Source of the DNA: Polyangiales bacterium
GTDB taxonomy: Bacteria; Myxococcota_A; Polyangia; Polyangiales; Ga0077539
DNA length: 64,000 bases
Direction: 5' to 3'
Assembly: GCA_044229975.1 (NCBI GenBank)
Contig: JBGARZ010000025.1
Location: forward strand, 88,714 to 152,713
The translations under genes were made by a program, and so were the position numbers. Every line of letters starts with the position of its first letter. Within the stretch, counting starts at the first letter, position 1. The notes under the pieces were generated by a model. That model worked only from the letters and a program-made list of their open reading frames with translations. It made no database searches and was not told the DNA's origin. Below, in pieces: positions 8,132 to 16,478 of this stretch.

Positions 8132-10470
8132 CGCCGCAGCCGAAGTGAGTTGAGCAGCACCGAGACGCTCGACAGCGACATCGCCGCGCTCGCGAAGACC
8201 GGCGAGAGCGACCAGCCCGTGACGGGTTCGAGTAGCCCCGCCGCGAGGGGGATGCCCACGAGGTTGTAGACGAAGGCCCAGAAGAGGTTCTGTCGGATCG
8301 TGCGCAGCGTGGCCCGCGCGAGCGCGAGCGCTGTCGGCACCGCCCCGACGCCGCCCCGCAGGATCGTCACGTCCGCGGCGGCCGCCGCGACGTCCGCGCC
8401 GCCGCCCATCGCCACGCCGAGGTCGGCCGCGGCCAACGCGGGCGCGTCGTTCACGCCGTCGCCCACCATCGCCACGTTGTGCCCCGCCGCGCGCAGCCGC
8501 GCCACCAGCACGGCCTTCTCCTCGGGGCGCACTTCCGCATGCACCTCGCCCACGCCCGCGGCGCGCGCGACCGTCAGCGCCGTCGCCCGCCGGTCGCCCG
8601 TCGCCATCGCCACGGAAACGCCCATCGCCGTCAACGCGGCCACGGTCGCGGCGGCCTCGGGGCGCACCGTGTCGGCCACCGTCACGAGGCCCGCGAGGGC
8701 GCCGTCGATGGCCACGAACACGGGCGTCTCACCCCGGCCCGCGGCCGCGGCTGCGGCGGGCTCCAGCGCGTCGGCGGCGACCCCCTGCGACGCCAGCCAG
8801 CGGGCCGTGCCGACAGACACGAGAGACGCGCCGACGCGCGACCGCACGCCCCCTCCAGGGGTCGCCGTGAAGTCCGTCGCGGTGACGGCTGTCAGGCCCT
8901 GCGCGGCGGCGCCCGCGACGATGGCGCGCGCCACGGGGTGTTCGCTCCCCGCCTCTGCGGCGGCCGCCAGCGCGAGCAGCTCGTCGTCGCGGCGGCCGCC
9001 TACGGGGAGTACCCGCGCGAGGGCCATCCGGCCCAGCGTGAGGGTGCCCGTCTTGTCGAAGAGCACCTGATCGATCTTCGAGGCGCGCTCCAGGGCCTCG
9101 CCGCCCTTCACCAGCAGCCCGAGGGCGGCCGCGCGGCTCGTGCCCACGGCGACGGCCGCGGGCGTGGCGAGCCCGAGCGCGCAGGGGCAGGCGATCACCA
9201 GCACGGCGACGGCCGCGGGCGTGGCGAGCCCGAGCGCGCAGGGGCAGGCGATCACCAGCACCGCGACGAAGTGCTCGACCGCGGCGGCCAGTCCGTCGGA
9301 CCCGCGCGGGAGCACCATCCACGCGGCGAAGGTGAGTCCGGCGAACGCGACCACCGTCGGCACGAACACCGCGCTCACCCGATCGGCGAGGCGGGCGATG
9401 GGTGCGCGCGTGCCCTGAGCTTCGGAGACGGCGTCCACGATGCGCGCGACGGCCGACTCGGTGCCCCGGCGCGTCACCTCGATCACGAGGCTGCCGCCCT
9501 CGACCAGCGTCCCGCCCTGCACGGGGTCGCCGGAGCCGCGCTCCACGGGCACGCTCTCGCCCGTGAGCATCGACTCGTCCACAGCGGCCTGACCCTCCAC
9601 GACCGTCCCGTCGGTCGGGACGCGCTGCCCGGGTCGCACGCGTACCCGGTCGCCCGGGAGCAGGGAGCCCACCGTCACCTCGATCTCGGCCCCGCCCCGC
9701 AGGCGCGTCGCGCTCGGCGGCTGGAGGGCCACGAGGCCGCGCACCGCGTCCCCGAGGCGCCGACGCGCGCGCCGCTCCAGGGCCTTGCCCAGCAGCATGA
9801 ACGCGACGATCGCCCCGGCCGCCTCGAAGTACACCGGGACGTGGCCGTGCTCGCCGTGCGGGAGCAGGCGCGGCACGAAGGTCACCGCCGCCGACCAGCC
9901 CCAGGCGGTGAGGGCGCCGAGCGCGACGAGGACGTTCATGTCGGCGCTCCGGTGGCGCAGCGCCGCGACCGCGAGGCGGAGGAAGCGGCGGCCGGGGCCG
10001 AAGACCACCGCCGTCGCCAGTGCGAGCTGGAGGTAGCGCCCGGCGGCGCCCGCGGTCCCCGGGATCGCGCCGTGCGACATCCCGACGACCAGGAGCGGCA
10101 CAGCCAGGGCCGCAGCCACGATCAGGTCGCGCCGGTCGCGGCGGGCGTCGGCTTCTTCGGCGGCGTCGATGCGTGCGAGTCGGGTCGCGCCATCGGGCGG
10201 GGCCTCGCCCGCCGCGGGCACGTCGGGGACCTCGTAGCCCGCCCCGCGAATCGCCTCGGCGAGGGCCTCCGGGGCCGTCGCGGTGGGGTCGTAGTCGATC
10301 GTCGCGTGTTGGCTGGCGAGGTTCACCCGCGCGTCGAGCACGCCCGGGGCGCGCCCGAGCACGCGCTCGATGCGGCCGACGCAGGCCGCGCAGGTCATGC
10401 CGAGCACCGCGAACTGCACGCGCGTCGGGTCGGCGGGAAGGGACAGGGGGTTCGCGAGCGAGGATGTCAT
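8119..10470 (-). CDS. copA: Copper-translocating P1B-type ATPase
   Basis: N-terminal GMTCAAC, TGES, CPC, DKTGTLT, SEHP, GDGVNDAP, YN and MSLSS Cu(I) motifs. Confidence 0.95.
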   Translation of the reverse strand: MTSSLANPLSLPADPTRVQFAVLGMTCAACVGRIERVLGRAPGVLDARVNLASQHATIDYDPTATAPEALAEAIRGAGYEVPDVPAAGEAPPDGATRLARIDAAEEADARRDRRDLIVAAALAVPLLVVGMSHGAIPGTAGAAGRYLQLALATAVVFGPGRRFLRLAVAALRHRSADMNVLVALGALTAWGWSAAVTFVPRLLPHGEHGHVPVYFEAAGAIVAFMLLGKALERRARRRLGDAVRGLVALQPPSATRLRGGAEIEVTVGSLLPGDRVRVRPGQRVPTDGTVVEGQAAVDESMLTGESVPVERGSGDPVQGGTLVEGGSLVIEVTRRGTESAVARIVDAVSEAQGTRAPIARLADRVSAVFVPTVVAFAGLTFAAWMVLPRGSDGLAAAVEHFVAVLVIACPCALGLATPAAVAVLVIACPCALGLATPAAVAVGTSRAAALGLLVKGGEALERASKIDQVLFDKTGTLTLGRMALARVLPVGGRRDDELLALAAAAEAGSEHPVARAIVAGAAAQGLTAVTATDFTATPGGGVRSRVGASLVSVGTARWLASQGVAADALEPAAAAAAGRGETPVFVAIDGALAGLVTVADTVRPEAAATVAALTAMGVSVAMATGDRRATALTVARAAGVGEVHAEVRPEEKAVLVARLRAAGHNVAMVGDGVNDAPALAAADLGVAMGGGADVAAAAADVTILRGGVGAVPTALALARATLRTIRQNLFWAFVYNLVGIPLAAGLLEPVTGWSLSPVFASAAMSLSSVSVLLNSLRLRRWTP
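9145..9261. repeat. Perfect 57-bp in-frame tandem duplication of the CPC transmembrane segment of copA
   Basis: Units 9145-9201 and 9202-9258 are identical; the protein reads AVLVIACPCALGLATPAAV twice. Confidence 0.95.
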
Positions 10471-10497
10471 GGGATTCGGCTCCGGTTCGATCGGGCC

Positions 10498-10523
10498 GAC
10501 GCAGCAGGGCGGGCTGGATTACA
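10498..10523 (-). promoter_or_regulatory. Putative ECF promoter TGTAA-N17-CGTC upstream of copA-corE
   Basis: Same motif and spacing at 11746-11771 and 12106-12131; CGTA variant at 22977-23002. Confidence 0.72.
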
Positions 10524-10569
10524 GTCGTCGTTCGTCGAGGGCGCGCGGTGCAAAGCTGATGGCAGCAGC

Positions 10570-11112
10570 TCAGTGCGCGGCGCCGTGGGTCGGCGGCGCC
10601 GTCGAAGTGAGGCGCCGCCACGTGGGCTCGTCAACGACCTGCTGGCGCCACGCGGCGTGGCAAGAGGTGCAGGTGCGGAGGGTGGCGCCGAGCTCGGTCA
10701 CGACCCGCGCGCGGTCCCGCTCGCGGGCCGCGACGCCGATGCGATCGGCCGTGTGGTGGAAGTTGAGCGCCTGCTCGGTAAAGCCCGGCGCGCCTGCCCC
10801 CATGTGGCTGCACTTCCGGCCCATCTGCTCGGAGTAGCCGAGCTGGGCCGCCGCCCGCTCGATCGCGGGGAAGTCTTCGACGGCAAGCGCCGCAACGATC
10901 TCCTGCACGGCGACGAGGTGACCCCGCATGTTCTGCTTCTGGTGGTTGGCCATCATTGGCAGCAGGGGAACGGCGTTGCGAGTGTCGAGGCGATCGAGCG
11001 CCTGCTGCGCCGACGGCTCGACCGGCGCGGCGGGCGCCGCGGCTCGAAGCCCCTCGGGCGCGCAGCCGGCGGCGGCGAGTGCGGCGGCAAGCAGCAGGAT
11101 CGTGCGGGTCAC
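10570..11112 (-). CDS. Lipoprotein c-type cytochrome (helical, cytochrome c'-like)
   Basis: Lipobox AAGC; single C-terminal CxxCH (CTSCH). Confidence 0.75.
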   Translation of the reverse strand: MTRTILLLAAALAAAGCAPEGLRAAAPAAPVEPSAQQALDRLDTRNAVPLLPMMANHQKQNMRGHLVAVQEIVAALAVEDFPAIERAAAQLGYSEQMGRKCSHMGAGAPGFTEQALNFHHTADRIGVAARERDRARVVTELGATLRTCTSCHAAWRQQVVDEPTWRRLTSTAPPTHGAAH

Positions 11113-11594
11113 TCTGTTTCCCCTTCGCCCTCGGAGGCCACAGTGGCAGGCAGCGCGTCGAGGGCGGCGACGAGGTGCCCCAGGGCCTCGACGACCTGAT
11201 CACGCCGTCCCTTGGGCACGGCAGCGAGCAACGCGCTGAACCGCGCGCCGCTGGCGACCTCGACCTCCCTCGCGAGAGTCTGACCGCGCTTCGTCAGGGT
11301 CACCCTCCGGCTGCGGGCGTCGTTCGCGTCCGCGTGCTGCCTGACATGGCCCGCCTCCACCATCTTCGCGCAGAGGCGGGCGACATTGCTCTTGTCGATG
11401 CAGAGCTCAGCGCCGAGGTCGCGCTGCGACACTTCGCCCTTCGAGAGCAGCACCATCAGCGCGTGCGCGTGCGCCACCGGCAGCGGCTTGCCGCACGGCG
11501 TCCGGTCGGTCGCGAGGGCGCCGAAGCGTCGAAACAACCGCTGCATGAGGCGGCGGAGCTCATCGGACTCCGCCATGTCAGGAGCCTTCGACAT
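11109..11594 (-). CDS. MarR family transcriptional regulator
   Basis: wHTH: SQRDLGAELCIDKSNVARL...DARSRRVTLTKRG; exact start uncertain (11576-11633). Confidence 0.88.
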   Translation of the reverse strand: MSKAPDMAESDELRRLMQRLFRRFGALATDRTPCGKPLPVAHAHALMVLLSKGEVSQRDLGAELCIDKSNVARLCAKMVEAGHVRQHADANDARSRRVTLTKRGQTLAREVEVASGARFSALLAAVPKGRRDQVVEALGHLVAALDALPATVASEGEGETE

Positions 11595-11617
11595 CGTGGC
11601 CGTGTCCGTAGTCGCAA

Positions 11618-11637
11618 ATGGTTGCGGTCGCAACTAT
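11618..11637. promoter_or_regulatory. Putative MarR operator palindrome
   Basis: ATGGTTGCG-GT-CGCAACTAT immediately upstream of the marR-like gene. Confidence 0.5.
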
Positions 11638-11745
11638 ATCAGCACGGTCGTCTTCTCCCCTTGGGATGGCGAGCCTGTCGCAGCCATGAGCTGGAGTTCC
11701 GTCATCGCCAACGCCCTCCGCCCGCGCCTGTGATGTCGATGCGGC

Positions 11746-11771
11746 TGTAAGGCGAGGAGGGGGACTGCGTC
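11746..11771 (+). promoter_or_regulatory. Putative ECF promoter TGTAA-N17-CGTC upstream of copZ
   Basis: GCTGTAA-ggcgaggagggggactg-CGTCTGCC. Confidence 0.72.
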
Positions 11772-11819
11772 TGCCTTGGTGCGAGCCGAAGCAACGCGGC
11801 CCGCAGGAGCGACGAAGCC

Positions 11820-12044
11820 ATGAACCCCACCGAGACCCTGCTCGACGTCCGCGGCATGAACTGCGGGTCGTGCGTCCGCCACATCTCCGAGGCCCTCGAC
11901 GCGCTCGACGGCGTCGAGGAGGTCTGCCCCTCGCTGCCCGACAAGACCGTTCTCGTCCGGCACGACCCGGCGCGGGTGAGCGCCGAGCAGCTCGCCGACG
12001 CGCTCACCGCCCGGGGCTACCCCGCCGCCGCGCGTGCCGCGTGA
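11820..12044 (+). CDS. copZ: HMA-domain copper chaperone
   Basis: 74 aa with GMNCGSC metal-binding motif; AGGAG RBS upstream. Confidence 0.9.
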   Translation: MNPTETLLDVRGMNCGSCVRHISEALDALDGVEEVCPSLPDKTVLVRHDPARVSAEQLADALTARGYPAAARAA

Positions 12045-12054
12045 ATCGACTCCG

Positions 12055-12101
12055 ACCGGGTCACAGGTCGGCCGCCCGGCCCTAAGAGCCTGTGACCCGG
12101 T
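12055..12101. repeat. 13-bp inverted repeat (possible copZ terminator or operator) overlapping a GGTCAC-N17-CTAA promoter-like motif
   Basis: ACCGGGTCACAGG (12055-12067) pairs with CCTGTGACCCGGT (12089-12101). Confidence 0.65.
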
Positions 12102-12105
12102 TCGC

Positions 12106-12131
12106 TGTAATCCCCACCCACCACGCGCGTC
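12106..12131 (+). promoter_or_regulatory. Putative ECF promoter TGTAA-N17-CGTC upstream of the lipoprotein-TolC-MCO operon
   Basis: GCTGTAA-tccccacccaccacgcg-CGTCTGCC. Confidence 0.72.
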
Positions 12132-12147
12132 TGCCGCCACGAAGCCC

Positions 12148-12408
12148 ATGAACCTCTTGATCCCACGCGTTCTCATCCTGGTCGGTGTGACCGCCCTCCC
12201 GCTCGGGTGCGGAGGACGCGAGGTGCCTGTGCGCTTCGGCGAGCAGTCCGCCCTCTCGTCGGGCGCTCGTGAGGCGCCGGTCGCTGACCCCACGGTGGCC
12301 CTCGCGGGCGACCCGCCCCTCCCGGGCGAGCCCACCGGGGCCTGGTCCGGCCTCGCGGCGGACGCGGGCGCCCCCCCTACCGGAGGAGGCCACGTCCATG
12401 CGCACTGA
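12148..12408 (+). CDS. Small lipoprotein with C-terminal His tail
   Basis: MNLLIPRVLILVGVTALPLGC signal/lipobox; ends GGGHVHAH; overlaps the TolC start. Confidence 0.6.
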   Translation: MNLLIPRVLILVGVTALPLGCGGREVPVRFGEQSALSSGAREAPVADPTVALAGDPPLPGEPTGAWSGLAADAGAPPTGGGHVHAH

Positions 12409-13828
12409 GCGCCTCCTGCCGGCCGCCTTGGCGCTGCTGCTGCCGCTCACCGGGTGCGCGACGACGTCGTTCTCCTCCGATCTGCGGCGCGTCGAGCAGC
12501 TCTCCCACTCGCCCATCCCCCTACGCGTCGCGGACAACCCCCCCGAAGACCACGACCCGGCGGTCACGCGGGAGGTCCTCGCCCGCCCGCTCACGGCCGA
12601 CGCCGCGGTGGGGGTGGCCTTCCGCAACAACCGGCACCTGCGCGCGTCGCTGCGCGATCTCGGCGTAGCGCGTGGCTGGCTCGCCCAGGCTGGCACGCTC
12701 CCCAACCCCGCCATCGAGTTCGACGTGCGCTACCAGACTGACCGCTCGCAGCCCCTCCAGGGCGACGTGCGCCTGGAGTTCGGGCTGACGCGAGCGATCC
12801 TCACGACGCAGCGGGCGGGCCTCGCGCGGGCGGAGCTGGAGACGGCGCAGGCGCGCGTCGCAGGGACGGTGCTGGAGACGGGCTACGCGGTGCGCGTCGC
12901 CTTCTACGCGGTGCAAGCCTCCGAGGAGCGGCTCGCGGCCGCCCAGCAGGCGCTGGACGCCTTCGCGGCTGCGCGTGACGCGGCCCGCGCGCTCCACGCG
13001 GCGGGCAACATCAGGACACTCGACCTCTCGGTGCAGGAGGCGGCCTACGAGACCGCGCGCATCACGGTGGCGGAGATCGAGCTGGAGCGACTCGACCGCC
13101 GCGAGCACCTCCAGCGCCTGTTGGGGCTCCACGGCGACGCCACCGAGTGGACCCTCGCGGAGAGCCTACCCCCCGCGCCCGAGGCCCTCTCGCTGGAGGC
13201 GATGACCGAGACGCGCGCGCTCGAAGCCAGCCTCGACCTCGCGGCCCAGCGCGCGAACCTCCAGGCCCTCGCCCGGCGCGTCGGCCTCAGCCGGGCCGAG
13301 GGGTGGCTGCCCGACATCACGGTGGACGCGCACGCCGAACAAGACGGCAACTCCGTGGAGGTCGGCGGCGGGGCGCGTGTCACGCTCCCGATCTTCGACC
13401 AGCGTCGGGGGGCCACGGCCGCCTATGGTGCGCAGTTCGACGCCGCGCTTGAGCGCTACTACGCCAGCGCCGTGGACCTGCGCTCAGCCCTGCGCTCGGC
13501 CCGCAACCGCCTGCGCTCGGCGCACGCCCGCACACGGCAGTACGACGCCGTCATCGTACCAGCGCGCGAGCGTGTGCTGCGCGAGACGCTGCTCCAGTAC
13601 AACGCCATGCAGGTCTCGGTCTTCCAGCTGCTTGAGGCACGGCGCGAGCTGCTCGACGCCACGCTCCGCCGCGCCGAAATCCGCCGCGAGTTCTGGACCG
13701 CCACCGCGGGCACCGTGGCCCTCTTCGCCGGGCGCCAGGTGGGCGCGGCGGAGCACACATCCGATGCCACCGAGTCCATGTCCGCCACGTCCATGGGCGC
13801 GAGCGGTGCGTCCGCAGGAGGCCATTGA
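12398..13828 (+). CDS. TolC family outer-membrane protein (copper-resistance type)
   Basis: Lipobox LTGC, GTLPNP, LPIFDQRRG, YNAMQVSVFQLLEARRE; GGAGG RBS. Confidence 0.87.
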   Translation: MRTERLLPAALALLLPLTGCATTSFSSDLRRVEQLSHSPIPLRVADNPPEDHDPAVTREVLARPLTADAAVGVAFRNNRHLRASLRDLGVARGWLAQAGTLPNPAIEFDVRYQTDRSQPLQGDVRLEFGLTRAILTTQRAGLARAELETAQARVAGTVLETGYAVRVAFYAVQASEERLAAAQQALDAFAAARDAARALHAAGNIRTLDLSVQEAAYETARITVAEIELERLDRREHLQRLLGLHGDATEWTLAESLPPAPEALSLEAMTETRALEASLDLAAQRANLQALARRVGLSRAEGWLPDITVDAHAEQDGNSVEVGGGARVTLPIFDQRRGATAAYGAQFDAALERYYASAVDLRSALRSARNRLRSAHARTRQYDAVIVPARERVLRETLLQYNAMQVSVFQLLEARRELLDATLRRAEIRREFWTATAGTVALFAGRQVGAAEHTSDATESMSATSMGASGASAGGH

Positions 13829-13832
13829 AACC

Positions 13833-15194
13833 ATGAACCGACGATCCTTTCTCCAAGCGGGCAGTGCGGCGACTGCGCTGGGGCTCATGACCCGTGCGGA
13901 GCGGGCGGAGGCGCAGACCCACGAGGGTCACGGCGCGCCCGATGCCCCGGCGACGGGGCAGACACCACCGCCGCCAGCGACCTCCGCCGCGATCGCACGT
14001 CGCTTCCCCGCGGGGCAGCCCGGAGTGACGGTGCCGAACGGGGGCACTCTCCCTCTCCGCCTGGTGGACGGGGTGAAGGTCGGCCACCTGGTGGTCGAGG
14101 CGTTCCCCAACGAGTTCGCGCCGGGGCTCACCGCGGAGGTGTGGGGCTACAACGGCACGACGCCGGGACCGGTGATCGAGCTGGTCGAGGGCGACCGTCT
14201 GCGGATGTACGTGACCAACCGGCTACCCGAGCCGACGACGGTGCATTGGCACGGCATCGTTCTGCCCAATGGCATGGACGGCGTGAGCGGCCTCAACCAA
14301 CGCCCCATCCCGCCGGGCGAGACGTGGATGTACGAGTTCACGCTCCGGCACCCGGGCACGTTCATGTACCACTCGCACTTCGACGAGATGACCCAGATCG
14401 CGCTCGGCGCGGTGGGCATGATCGTCGTCCACCCGCGCCAGGCGCGCGGCCCGCGGGTCGATCGGGACTTCGTGCTGATGGCGCACGAGTGGAAGATCGA
14501 GGCGGGTGCTCACCGCCCCGACCCCAACGCGATGAACGACTTCAACGTCCTCACCTTCAACGGCAAGGCGTTCCCGAGCACGGCGCCGCTGCTCGTGGGG
14601 AAGGGCGAGCGGGTGCGCATCCGCCTGGGCAACCTCGGGCCGATGGACCACCACCCGATCCACATCCACGGCCTCTGGTTCCACGTCACGGCGACCGACG
14701 GCGGCTACGTGCCGGCGAGCGCGCAGAAGCCCGAGACGACGGTGCTGGTGCCGGTGGGAGCGACGCGGGTGATCGAGTTCGTGCCGCCCGAGTCAGGCGA
14801 CTGGGCGATGCACTGCCACATGACCCATCACGTCATGATGCAGATGGCTCATGGCCTGCCGAACATGGTGGGGATGAACCCGGCGGCGTTGGAGCGACGC
14901 ATGAGCCGGGTGATGCCCGAGTACATGACCATGGGGCACAGGGGCATGGGCGGCATGGGCGAGATGCGGATGGAGATCCCGCCCAACAGCGCCCCGATGC
15001 GCGGTGGCATGGGGCCGCACTCGTACATCGACATGGGCGGGATGTTCACCATCCTGAAGGTGCGCGACGACGTCACCACCGCCGACCCGGCGGGGTGGTA
15101 CCAGGCGCCCGCCGGGACGGTGCCCACGGCGGCACAAGAGGCGCGGCTGCGGGCTGACGGCATCGACGTGGCGCGGACCTATCGGCCGGGGTGA
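13833..15194 (+). CDS. Tat-exported multicopper oxidase with Met-rich C-terminus
   Basis: MNRRSFLQ twin-arginine signal; HWHG, MYHSH, HPIHIHG and HCHMTHH copper motifs. Confidence 0.92.
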   Translation: MNRRSFLQAGSAATALGLMTRAERAEAQTHEGHGAPDAPATGQTPPPPATSAAIARRFPAGQPGVTVPNGGTLPLRLVDGVKVGHLVVEAFPNEFAPGLTAEVWGYNGTTPGPVIELVEGDRLRMYVTNRLPEPTTVHWHGIVLPNGMDGVSGLNQRPIPPGETWMYEFTLRHPGTFMYHSHFDEMTQIALGAVGMIVVHPRQARGPRVDRDFVLMAHEWKIEAGAHRPDPNAMNDFNVLTFNGKAFPSTAPLLVGKGERVRIRLGNLGPMDHHPIHIHGLWFHVTATDGGYVPASAQKPETTVLVPVGATRVIEFVPPESGDWAMHCHMTHHVMMQMAHGLPNMVGMNPAALERRMSRVMPEYMTMGHRGMGGMGEMRMEIPPNSAPMRGGMGPHSYIDMGGMFTILKVRDDVTTADPAGWYQAPAGTVPTAAQEARLRADGIDVARTYRPG

Positions 15195-15264
15195 GTGGGC
15201 ACGATGCGACGCATGGTGAGCTCAACCGCTACGGGCCTGTCGATCGCTCGCGGTCCGCCGGGCC

Positions 15265-15753
15265 TCAGCCGACGCGCCTCATGCGTTTTGCGTAGATGAC
15301 CTTGTCGTCTCCGTCTGCGTAGAAGTCCGGCACGCGTCCGCACGCGGAGTACCCGTGCTTCTCGTAGAAGCGCCGCGCCCGCGCCGTCGGTGGCAAGGCG
15401 CTCGTCTCGATCACGAGAATCCGACCACCCCGGGTGCTCACTTCTGACTCGACGGAGCGCAACAGCGCATCGCCGATGCCCTGACCGTGATGGGCAGGGG
15501 CCGCGCCGATCCACCAGAGGTCCCACACGCGGTCGGCCTTCTCGTTCGAAGAGAAGTACGCCCATCCGAGCGGCGGTCAGGCCGGACCCTCGGACCACAC
15601 CCACGCCAGATGATCGGGACCCAAGCGACCGGCGTGAATCTCATCGAGCGTCGCCCTGAGCAGGAGGTCCGCTTCGTCGGCTTGGAAGAGCCCGGTCGAA
15701 ACGGCCAGCGAGACCAGGGCGGGTGTGTCGTCGGGGGCAGCGGGGCGCATCAT
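15265..15753 (-). pseudogene. GNAT acetyltransferase interrupted by an in-frame TGA at 15577-15579
   Basis: The two ORF-track fragments are in one frame: ...WSEGPA*PPLGWAYFS...WIGAAPAHHGQGIG...RRFYEKHGY. Confidence 0.8.
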
Positions 15754-15858
15754 GGCCGCGACTACGGAACCCAATCACCGGCAGTTACACGCGATCGCTG
15801 CTTGGAGTCGCGTGGTGCGCCGAGACGATCGCGGGAGGGCCCTACCGACAGGGGCCAG

Positions 15859-16443
15859 TCAGGGAAGGACGCGGACCACGCCCGCCATCCCGACGTGTCC
15901 GTGGGTGTTGCAGTAGAACGGGTAGAACCCGGCGCCGGGGAAGGTCACCGCGTAGGTCGTCCCCACGCGCTGCGCGTCGATGGGGCTCGGGGTTGTGGCG
16001 CCCGCGCTCGACCCGTGCGGCACGCCGGGGATCAGCGGGTGCGTGGTGAAGCTCATCGAGAAGGTCACCGACTGCCCGGTACGGATGGTGAGACAGCGCG
16101 GCGTGTAGCCCGTGGTGCCGCGGGGTACCACCGTGCGCTCGGCGTCGTCGGCGCTGCGGTCTACGTAGTTCGCGGCCCGGCAGTCGTTGAGCAGGGGCAC
16201 TACCGTCGAAGCGTCCGCAACTGTCCCCGCGTCGGTCGCGGCATCCTGGTCGGTGGTCGCGACGTCGACGGCTGTCGGCTGGTCCGTGGCGGTGCCGACG
16301 TCGGTCGTCCCAACGTCCGAAGTCCCGACGTCGGCCGCGTCGTGACCCTCGTGGGCGGCCGCGTCGGTCGTGTCGTGTGCCATGTCGCCGCAGCCGGCGA
16401 ACAGAGGAAACAGGGCGAGGACGAGGGTCATTCGAGCGGGCAT
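15859..16443 (-). CDS. Lipoprotein with C-terminal plastocyanin/cupredoxin (type 1 copper) domain
   Basis: Lipobox FAGC, Asp/Thr-rich linker, His...YCNTHGHVGM ligand set. Confidence 0.85.
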   Translation of the reverse strand: MPARMTLVLALFPLFAGCGDMAHDTTDAAAHEGHDAADVGTSDVGTTDVGTATDQPTAVDVATTDQDAATDAGTVADASTVVPLLNDCRAANYVDRSADDAERTVVPRGTTGYTPRCLTIRTGQSVTFSMSFTTHPLIPGVPHGSSAGATTPSPIDAQRVGTTYAVTFPGAGFYPFYCNTHGHVGMAGVVRVLP

Positions 16444-16478
16444 CGAGGGGCCTTTCCGGTGCGCAGTGGGGTCGTGGC

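Noticed and set aside
15763..15789. TGTAA-N18-CGTA upstream of the GNAT gene
   Set aside because: The spacer is 18 rather than 17 and the -10 element is a variant; too weak to call.
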